DNA from: Octopus sinensis
Taxonomy: Eukaryota
NCBI RefSeq assembly: GCF_006345805.1
Contig: NC_043013.1
Coordinates: forward strand, 10,106,001 to 10,170,000
Reading direction: 5' to 3'
DNA length: 64,000 bases
This document shows positions 52,741 through 64,000 of this stretch, piece after piece. A program made the translations under genes and the position numbers. Below the pieces are notes generated by a model. That model was not told the origin of the DNA. It did no database searches and saw nothing but the letters and a program-made list of their open reading frames with translations. Within the stretch, counting starts at the first letter, position 1, and the number at the start of each line of letters is the position of its first letter.

Positions 52741-53503
52741 GTTGTGAACTGTCAGAATCGTTAGCACGCCGGGCGAAATGCTTAGCGGTATTTCGTCCGT
52801 CGCTGCGTTCTGAGTTCAAATTCCGCCGAGGTCGACTTTACCTTTCATCCTTTCGGGGTCGATAAATTAAGTGCCAGTTACGCACTGGGGTCGATATAAT
52901 CAACTTAATCCGTTTGTCTGTCCTTGTTTGTCCTCTCTGTGTTTAGCCCCTTGTGGGTAGTAAAGAAATAGGTATTTCGTCTGCCGTTACGTTCTGAGTT
53001 CAAATTCCGCCGAGGTCGAGTTTGCCTTTCCATCCTTTTGGGATCGATTAAATAAGTACCAGCTACGCACTGGGGTCGATATAATCGACTTAACCCGTTT
53101 ATCTGTTCTTGTTTGTCCCTTATGTGTTTAGCCCCTTGTGGGTAGTAAAGAAATAGGTATTTCGTCTGCCGCTACGTTCTAAGTTCAAATTCCGCCATGG
53201 TGGACTTTGCCTTTGATCCTTTCGGGGTCGATTAAATAAGTACCAGTTACGCACTGGAGTCGATGTAATCGACTTAATCCGTTTGTCTGTCTTTGTTTGT
53301 CTTCTCTGTGTTTCGCCCCTTGTGGGTAGTAAAGAAATAGGCATTTCGTCTGCTGCTACGTTCTGAGTTCAAATTCCGCCGAGGTCGACTCCGCCTTTCA
53401 TCCTTTCGGGGTCGATAAATTAAGTACCAGTTACGCGCTGGGGTCGATGTAATCGACTTATCTCTTTCTCCGAAATTCCTGGCCTAGCGCCAGAATTTGA
53501 AAT
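52741..53503 (+). mobile_element. SINE family B head-to-tail tetramer
   Basis: Full head, then ~184-bp units joined at GAAATAGGTATTTC (52965, 53150, 53334); the last unit has the short canonical tail. Confidence 0.93.
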
Positions 53504-53989
53504 GAAATTGATATCCATAAGATAACAACAAACGAATAAATAAAACGAACTTTATATAACAACAAACAAACATTACTACATACAAGTGGACACATGTAAA
53601 ACAAATAACAAAAAGAAAAGCAAAAAGAAAACGAAAATCCCTCAGAAAGACACACACAAATATTTATATACATTCATATTCAGCTGGACATTGCTGGTCC
53701 GATATTCTGCGCTGTCACGAATGCTGGAGGTGTTAACTTGGTTAAAAGCGCAGCTATGCAAAGTTAAATTGAATACCTTAGTGTAGGACCATAAATCTAA
53801 TCTTCGAATCTGCTTGCACCGAAAACGGTGTCATGATGTCACAGCATAATATATTTTATGAGTAATAATTTTCACTTTACTAAAACGTGGATCATATTCC
53901 GCTAAGTGCTTATTGCTGTCAAAAGAGCAAAGCGGTCTATTTTTAGGGTGAGGGCTACTGCGTGAATAGAAAAGTTTCCTAGAGTTTTA

Positions 53990-54012
53990 AACACATTTCA
54001 CACACAACCATA

Positions 54013-54084
<72 letters not shown>

Positions 54085-54391
54085 CACACACACGCACAAA
54101 CACACACACACGTATGTGTATAGTGTATATGTGTGTTTGATGTATTTAGATAACTATATACGTATACATAGAGAGATGTCTGTATGCATGTATGTTTACA
54201 TGTATACATACGCATACATACAAATATATGCATATATGCATATATGAAAATATATATATAAATGTAAATATGATACACATACACATATGCAGGACATACA
54301 GTAATACACTTGAACATATAAAACCATACACATAATTCATATATGCGTATTGTAATACTCATTATTTCATATACACATACATATCCATATC

Positions 54392-54423
<32 letters not shown>

Positions 54424-54462
54424 ATCTATCTATCTATCTATCTCTATCTATCTATCTATCTA

Positions 54463-54493
<31 letters not shown>

Positions 54494-54677
54494 CACTATC
54501 CATCTATCTATTTATCTCTCTTTCTATCTATATCTCTCTCTTTATATATATATATATATATATATACATATATATTATACAATATATATTATATATTATA
54601 TATATATTCCATATACACACACACATATATATATGCTTCCAAATACATATTTCCTCTATGTATATAAACATGTATAT

Positions 54678-54771
<94 letters not shown>

Positions 54772-54884
54772 TATATATAATATATATATACACACATATA
54801 TAATTATATATATGTAAATACAAATACATAAATATATATACACATATATACATATAATAGATATATTTAGATAATAGTTACATA

Positions 54885-54966
<82 letters not shown>

Positions 54967-55000
54967 TGTATGTATGTAGTATGTATGTATGTAATTGTGC
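53990..55000. repeat. Compound (CA)n, (TATC)n and (TA)n region
   Basis: Direct inspection. Confidence 0.9.
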
Positions 55001-55593
55001 AAGAGAAATAAAATTTCTTATTCATAGCGATCCGTTCGTACAGAATCCCCCGATAGCTTATTGTATGCCTGTGCTTCAATTTATATCTAATGATTAATCA
55101 CTGTAAACGCAATGAATACACCTCAACTGGAGGTAACGGTTAATTCGGTATGAGACATGCCATATGAAACTTGGTAAATGGATTTAAAGGAATCGCTACG
55201 AACATTAACATTTTAATATAAACAGTATGCCTGACTTTACGTGTGTACGAAGGAATGTGTGTGTGTGTGCTGCGTGCGTGTGTGTGGGGTATGTGTGTAT
55301 ATGTATCTGTACTTATGAGTGTTTGTGTGTACGTATGTATGATTGTATGTATGTGATCAAACGTGCATTCGTAGATATATACATTTTCTTCTAGATATAT
55401 GTATGTACGAATATACAAATGTATACAGATAAATGCATACATACACACACACAAATATATATATATAATATACACATACAAACATCTGTATATACGTACA
55501 TACATGCACACGCACACACGGAGACGCACACACAAAGATGTACACACACACATATATGTACATATGTATATATATATTTCATGTATATACATG

Positions 55594-55645
<52 letters not shown>

Positions 55646-55703
55646 ATGTATATATATCTATATATATGCATATATATATTTATACATTACATGTATATAT
55701 GTA

Positions 55704-55775
<72 letters not shown>

Positions 55776-55869
55776 TAGATATAGATAGATAGACAGATAG
55801 ATAGGTCGATAGATAGATGTAGAAAGATAGGTATATAGATAGACTGATAGATATGCATGGTTGCATGTG

Positions 55870-55912
<43 letters not shown>

Positions 55913-56321
55913 GTGTGTGTGTATGTATGCATATATCTATATACATCTCTATATATACATATATGTGTGTGTGTATGTGTGTGTGTGTGCTTATCGATAT
56001 CCATATATTCACCTATTCATATAGTTTTCTTTCAAGCAACGAGTTTAGAATTATTTTAAAGAGGCATATTATATCATCTATGCTAGTTTATATCTACATC
56101 GTTATCTTTTATGCTAGGTTTGCAAAAAATGAAGTTCCTATAACTAATAAAAGATAATATCTCATTATCTGAATTAAGTTAGTGTAATACTGTAACATGG
56201 TTATTCGGGGCCGAGACTTGGACCAACACGTTGTGAATACGATCCATTCATTATGATAAAGAATTTGAGGAAACCTTGTAACATTATTTATATTTGACGG
56301 ATATTTGTCGTCATCATATTT

Positions 56322-56614
56322 CATTCTTTTACTTGTTTCAATCATTTTGACTGTGGCAATGCTGGAGTACCACATTTTAGTTGAAGAAATCGATCCCTGG
56401 ATTTATCATTTGTAAGCTTGGTAATTATTCTATCGGTCTCTTTTACTGAGCCGTTAGGTTACAGGGACGTAAACACACCAAGATCGGTAGTCAATCGATG
56501 GCGAACGGACAAACACAGACACAAAAACACAAATATACACATATCCATATATATCCACACATATCTATCTATATATGTGTATATACATATATATATATAT
56601 ACATATATATATAC

Positions 56615-56645
<31 letters not shown>

Positions 56646-56647
56646 AT

Positions 56648-56679
<32 letters not shown>

Positions 56680-56815
56680 ATATAATATATATATATACAT
56701 ATATATACATATATATATATACGTGTGTATATATATATATATATATTATATATATATATATATATATACGACAGGCCTCTTTCAGTTTTTGTCTATCAAA
56801 TTCCTTCACAAGACT
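56322..56815 (-). mobile_element. SINE family A with an expanded internal (TA)n, head truncated
   Basis: 3' module 56322-56530, ~240 bp of TA, 5' module remnant 56765-56815. Confidence 0.8.
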
Positions 56816-56911
56816 TTTATATATATATATATGCACACAAACACATATACATATATATATATGTATATAAATATATATAAATGTGCGTGTATGTATACAT
56901 ATATATATATC

Positions 56912-56949
<38 letters not shown>

Positions 56950-56983
56950 ATATAAACATATATATATATAAATATATATATAT

Positions 56984-57058
<75 letters not shown>

Positions 57059-57244
57059 TTGGATGGATGGATGGATGAATACATACATATATATATAAAT
57101 ATATACACAATATATATATATATGTATATATATACACACACACAAACACATGCACACATTCACGCACAAACGCACAAACACACAGGCACATATATATCCA
57201 CACATAGTCATGCTACAGACAAGTACATATATAATTCATACATA

Positions 57245-57466
57245 CAAAGGGATGCTATAACTTTCCTGGCTCAAACGGTATCGCCAAGGGCTTGGCTGAG
57301 GCTCAACCTTCTGAGTTCTTCTACAGGTCTTAGAAAATCTGAAGGACACAGCAATATGTTTCTGAGTCTAAGAAATATGCTGGATCATAATTGATCTTAT
57401 CCAACATATCCTGATCGTCCTGTGTTTTCGTTGACCCCAAACCAGGGTCTTTTCAGCACTCACGTG
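57245..57466 (-). mobile_element. Irritans-type mariner MITE
   Basis: TA-CAAAGGGATGCTATAACTTTCCTGG ... CCAGGGTCTTTTCAGCACTCACGTG-TA imperfect TIRs; the interior is the reverse complement of 8650-8755. Confidence 0.7.
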
Positions 57467-57973
57467 TATATTTCCACGCTCGTTTATGTATATCTAAATG
57501 CATATTTTTATATTGATGCGTGCATATATATATATATATATACATGCATCTATGCATTTATATAAGCATACATACATGAACATGTTTAGATATGCAACTA
57601 TATGCATGAAAATACATACATAACATACAATACTTCACGTAAACATACATACATACATACATTCAATTGCCCTCACAATTACTATTTGCTTCCATACCAT
57701 GTATAAGGCTTTTATTTAACCAATGTTACCGATGTCTGTATTTGAACTCGTATTACTGTAAACCAGCTAAATTTATCGAATAGTTTAACTTGTATCAAAT
57801 ATACATCCCGTGAAAGTGTTACCTTTTTTTTATTGGTTAAAATAGGAAACGTTTATTTCATCACCGCTTTACCTGGTTATTCTCAAATGTTCACACAGCC
57901 CCATACACACAAACGCAGGCACCCACACATAGACTTACCGCTACAGATACATACAAACACACATACTCTCTCC

Positions 57974-58017
<44 letters not shown>

Positions 58018-58277
58018 ATTTCCTTACTGCATTACAGGAGTTTTAGAATGAATGATTGTATTCTGTTAAAACATTTTGTAAATTGGGGATAAACTTTTTT
58101 AATCCCTTTGTCAAGTATTTTCTCTTTCCTTTTTCTGTCAGATTTCGTATTGACTGCGTAGTTATTAATGTAGCCTTTCATCTCCAACGCTGCTCAATTT
58201 TTACTTCGTTACTCTGTCATCTGATTATTTCTCCATTTCCCGCACTTTTTGTTGAATTTTATCCGATATTAACACTA

Positions 58278-58664
58278 AGTCGGAGTGGCTGTGTGGTAAG
58301 TAGCTTGTTTACCAACCACATGGTTCCGGGTTCAGTCCCACTGCGTGGCACCTTGGGCAAGTGTCTTCTACTATAGCCTCGGGCCGACCAAAGCCTTGTG
58401 GGTGGATTTGGTAGACGGAAACTGAAAGAAGCCCGTCGTATATATGTAGATATGTGCGTGTGTGTTTGTGTGCCTGTGTTTGAACCCCCAACATCGCTTG
58501 ACAACCGATGCTGGTGTGTTTACGTCCCTGTAACTTAGCGGTTCGGCAAAAGAGGCCGATAGAATAAGTCCCGGAGTCGAGTTGCTCGATTAAAGGCGGT
58601 GCTCCAGCATGGTGCAGTCAAATGACTGAAACAAGTAAAAGAGTAAAAGAGAGAGTAAAGAGTA
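58278..58664 (+). mobile_element. SINE family A, full length, low divergence
   Basis: Near identical to 27018-27419. Confidence 0.93.
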
Positions 58665-59589
58665 AGTCACTTTTACGATGAGAGATGCTCCGGCCATTAG
58701 TTCCCTAAAAAATACAATGGTCAAATACTATATAACTGTTGTACATGATTTACTTTATAATCCAGCTATTTTCCAAAATGGACCCTCCATGTATCCATAT
58801 AATCCATTCGGTTCATTTTCATCTGGAGATTAATAGAAATATATTTGAGAAATATTCCGTTTTTACAGGACTTTCTTACCTAGTCTATAGTTATCTTACT
58901 TAGTCTATATTACAACAGCTGCTTGTTGTCAGTAGAATTGAGGTGTATGAGACGTTTTTGCAGTTATTTTGGCGCTGCTTGTCTGGTGACGCTGATTCAA
59001 CGCTGCCATTTTTAACATCGGGTTCTTTAATGTTTGTTTCTTTTCTCCCCTCTTTCTTCTTCTCCTACACAACCGTCTCTGTTTAAGTGCAAGAGGAAAT
59101 TTCTATGAGTGTTTATGTTAATCGCGTTCAATCAATAATTTGAAATGTCTCTTCCTGTCAAAACGTGTTGATATCATAACATTTCGGATGTGCAATCAGC
59201 GTCGAAACAGGTGCATACTCGGAGATCAGAATAACTTCCATGCAGACTGGATGACATTCATTATCCTACGTTGATCATGTCAGTATAGAAGCAGGGTTCT
59301 GTGATATTTTACACAATCCACAGCAATTACATCTTTGCATTCATATATCCTTTTTCAATACACCCAGACTCTAAAAAGACATCATCATACTTTTCCTTTC
59401 TACATCCAAATATAAAACCGTTCATTATCTCAGGTCACACTAGATAATTCCAGCACTGTTTGATGAAGATATTCCCATTAATTTCATTATTTAACAAAAT
59501 AGATTGTGCTTCAGTGTGTAACAATCACAAACATACATTCCACCCTTGCCTTCAACTTCCATCCTTCCTTCCTTTCTTACTTCCTTCCT

Positions 59590-59680
59590 TTCATTTACGT
59601 TGGAAGCTCTCTTCAAAATGGTGAAAATCTTGATGCAGAAATATATGTGTGCACAGACATATAGGCAGAATAGTTGGTGG
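59590..59680 (+). mobile_element. Short RTE fragment inverted relative to the adjacent RTE
   Basis: TTCATTTACGTTGGAAGCTCTCTTCAAAATGGTGAAAATCTTGATGCAGAAATA is homologous to the reverse complement of 60342-60436. Confidence 0.75.
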
Positions 59681-60695
59681 AGGTTCGTTTTCGATGCGTT
59701 CGTAGATGAGAATTGAGATCCGCCAAAGACAGGCATGGTCTGTCACTGACTGTGCACACAAAAAGGTCATTGTCGTTCGCCTTCTCGATCGTTACATTCT
59801 TCTTTTAATCTCTTTTGAGTCTTAATTGTGTTATCCTGGCCTCTTCAAATGCTTTCACTCCACTCCATATCTTTGTTCGCCATCCAACTCAATCCGAAGC
59901 AAGGGTTTATATATCTTCTGGAACCATTCCCAGTGACTTCATAGTAGTCCTTATGCCGTCCTTAGACCTTTCATTTTTTTAGGTTTACGCCGATAGCATT
60001 TCCTTTCTGCAAGCTCACCATAAAACAACTCTTTCGGCATGCGTTCATCCGCCATTCGAACAATATGGCCACACCATCTCAATTGGTTCCTCAAAATCAT
60101 AGCTTTAATTGAAGTGATGTCTGCAGTTGCAAGGACATCTCTGTCTGGAGTAAAAGAAACTTATTAAATTTTTTAAATGCGATGAAGGCATTTTTGGTGG
60201 AGTTGTTCTAACAATTTAAAATGTCTTTCATAAGTCCAAGTTTCACAGGAATACAACAGGGATGGTAAGACAAATAATTTGTAAAAAGCCAGCTTTGTAT
60301 TCTTATTTATATGTCGCTGGCACCAAACACGTGACTCTAAACCACCAAATGCTATTGCTGCCCTTTGAATTCGCAGATGTATTTCTGTATCAAGACTTCC
60401 ATCATTTTGAAGAGAGCTTCTTCCAAGGTAGACGAAAGAATCGACAACTGCAAGTAACTTTCTCTTAACAAAATTTTTTAGTGGAGTTACACACAGCACT
60501 ACACGCAGGTTGATGCATTACAACTGTTTCTTTTTTTTTTTCAAGTCGATGGTCAAGCCAAAATCATTACAAGTCAAATGCAGATATAAGAGATTGTAGA
60601 TCTGTTTCAGAATGACTGACAAGATCGCAATCGTTAGCGTACAAAAATTCCCTAATGCGTCAAGAAAAAACCTTCGTTTCGAATTTCAGTCTGAT
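59681..60695 (-). mobile_element. RTE-clade LINE, 3' ~1 kb of ORF2 (decayed)
   Basis: IREFLYANDCDLVSHSE (YADD motif changed to YAND), FGLTI, VDSFVYLG, LLYSCETWT, QLRWCGHIVRM..ERMPKELFYGEL, terminal zinc-finger-like C.V.DRPCLSLADLNSHLRTH. Confidence 0.92.
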
Positions 60696-61444
60696 CAGAT
60701 TAAAAACATATATATGTGTGTATGTTTATCCGTTTAGTATTATATTGTCGGGAAAAAAGATTAATCAATACTATAGTTGAAGCTCGTAGTATATTTTGTC
60801 TTGTTCGAGTCCGTCTCTTGCTGATGTGAGGTTCACCTGTAGGTGCACAGTATTTCAAATAAGTCATTCCATACGATCCTTTGCACCTATAGCTCTAACT
60901 CAGCGTAGCAAGAGACTCGGGCGACTAAAATAAGATATATGTATGTGGAATTCCATTAAATTCCGTTTATATTAATTTCAATGCAAATAGGCCGGTATTT
61001 ATTGGAAGTCAAATGACCACGAGGATGTTCCTTATTCGTTCGAGATTTTTTCTTTAATCTATTTTATACGAGTTACATATTTTCTGCATGAGATGAAGAA
61101 AGGAATGCAGTTCACAAGCATCTACATGAAAAGTTTCTACCTTTTAGCCTCAATCCTTCTGAAAAAGAAAAAAAAAAAGCTTAGAATACGTAAATTGTAC
61201 AAAACTTTAAAAGGTTTAATTCATATAATTTTCCTCGTATACAACAGAAGCAGTATTAGATTTCAAAGCCATCCGTGTATCATACCAAATGCAAATACAT
61301 TGCAAAATGGTATTTTCTCTGTGATGTTCGTCTCAAGTTTTATTGCTTAAAGACTTCAATTTTTTTAACACATTATAATTCGGAAACAGAAGAAAATCGT
61401 CATACCAGCAGACTAAGACAGTGATATGAGATAAAAGTATACAC

Positions 61445-61837
61445 AGGCAGAAACGTTAGCACGCCGGACGAAGTGCTTAGCAGTATTTCGCCTGCCGCAA
61501 CGTTCTGAGTTAAAATTCTACCGAGGTCGACTTTGCCTTTCATCCTTTCGGGGTCGATTAAATAAGTACCAATTACGCACTGGGGTCGTTATAATCGACT
61601 TAATCCGTTTGTCTGTCCTTGTTTGTCCTCTCTGTGTTTAGCCCCTTGTGGGTAGTAAAGAAATAGGAATTTCGTCTGTCTTTACGTTCTGAGTTCATAT
61701 TATGCCGAGGTCGACTTTGCCTTTCATCCTTTCGGGGTCCATGAGGTAAGTACCAGTTATGCACTGGGGTCGATATAATCGACTTATTCTCTTGTTTCTC
61801 CTCTCTGTGTTTAGCCTTCCGAGGGCAATAAAGAAAT
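61445..61837 (+). mobile_element. SINE family B head-to-tail dimer
   Basis: Junction GAAATAGGAATTTCG at 61660. Confidence 0.9.
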
Positions 61838-61905
61838 CAAAAGTATATACAGTGTATACAAACTATCTTAACAATAATAGCGATAATAACAAATATATGA
61901 ATAGA

Positions 61906-61948
<43 letters not shown>

Positions 61949-62379
61949 AATAAATAAATAGGTAGACAAATATACAAAGTAAAAGCTAAATGCACCATAG
62001 AGAAATAAATAAAACAGTGGTTTTAATTATACAACTAATACAGTTTTAAACAACAATATGTTAACTATTTGCGGAGAGGCAGAGTCTGCCAGTCTCTGCC
62101 ATTGACGAGTTGATATACGGTGCCAGCCAGCTAAATTGGATTCTGGAAATGGATGAATGGGTGGGTGAGGCGTAAGTATGTGGTAGCTCGGTCATGTTAG
62201 AAACAGGAAGAATACGTCCATGATAAATCGAAATTGGAATGCTATACTTTGAATATAAGCAGGGCCTCTTCTACAAGAGAAATTGGATTTTGCATAAATA
62301 ACCATTCCTTTGGAATGTTTCAATCTAGTCTATCACCAGGCGAACACATTATTTCGTGTTTCTCCTCCTTCACCTCCTC

Positions 62380-63345
<966 letters not shown>

Positions 63346-64000
63346 CATCACCCCTCCCGCCCTCAAAACAAGTTCAATTCTAAGAAGTCCTGCTTAGGTT
63401 CCCTAAAATATACAATGTAAATACAAATCCGTCCTTTCACCCACGCTGCAATCCCTCCATTCTGCTGATATTCCGCATCCTAATCGTATTCTTGACGGTC
63501 TGTACTTAGATTTCTCTCCATTCTTTATTTCCTTATTTTATTTATCTTTTTGTTAAGTTACGTTTGAAAACCAATAGCGACACGCTATATATATATATAT
63601 ATATATATACACACGGACACGAGAAGCAGAGAAGAAGCAAGGACTGAATGAAATTCATTCCATCCACCCCCCTTGACTCCACAATCAAAGCTAGCAAGGG
63701 CTGATTACACGGATGTCTCGTAAAGAAACCATAATGATACTCGTGCCAAGCTAGAGGTTTGTTTCCAGCGATAATTATCATAGAGCATCGCATGCAACGA
63801 AGAACGCCTTGGAATTGGAAGGATTTTTAGCATCTAATCTCGCAGGCGATCCATCAAGGATCAGATCTCAACTACCACTACCTAGAGAAGAGTTGTGGAT
63901 GCGGGAGGAGGAGGAGGATAGGGGATGGAAAAAACGGAGCTGCGTCAAGATAACCTTCCCTAACAATAAAAACAATAACAACAATAATAATAAGGTAAAA

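Noticed and set aside
52741-52840. SINE heads as functional tRNA genes
   Set aside because: A and B boxes are present but there is no cloverleaf; they continue into SINE core sequence
56195-56235. LFGAETWT peptide resembling an RTE motif
   Set aside because: Only 8 residues, with no flanking similarity
56459-57211. 250-aa Ile/Tyr ORF and similar ORFs throughout the window
   Set aside because: Translation of (TA)n and (TATC)n microsatellites
58983-59208. CTGGTGA plus a 10-bp inverted repeat (58988-58997 / 59194-59203) followed by GAAAC, suggesting a long-range hammerhead
   Set aside because: The core has G at invariant A6, there is no GUH, and 10-bp inverted repeats at this spacing are expected by chance in 64 kb
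62065-62175. Open frame ending at GC|GTAAGT, with a GGCAGAG/CTCTGCC inverted repeat
   Set aside because: No credible acceptor tract; the peptide is unrecognisable

Overview
An AT-rich, microsatellite-dense eukaryotic window with a 100-N assembly gap at 24399-24498. The SINE families and repeat landscape resemble what I recall of octopus (cephalopod) genomes; this is an inference, not checked by a search. No host gene can be named. One plausible spliced coding exon (39754-39918 or 39963, +) suggests the window may be largely intronic. Most ORFs in the supplied track are artefacts of (TA)n, (CA)n, (TATC)n and trinucleotide repeats. Recognisable content: four tRNA-type SINE families (labelled A-D here); decayed DNA transposons of four IS630-Tc1-mariner lineages (mellifera-like mariner deletion derivatives, an irritans-like mariner plus its MITE, Tc1, maT/DD37D); LINE fragments (RTE, CR1); a Penelope-like GIY-YIG fragment; a tRNA-Glu(TTC) pseudogene; and 31-bp and ~133-bp tandem arrays. 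The most interesting signals are (i) head-to-tail SINE multimers at three loci that share the same hairpin-forming junction GAAATA-GG-TATTTC and (ii) several dispersed hammerhead-ribozyme-like cores of the Penelope type. SINE boundaries are by eye and approximate to about 10-20 bp.
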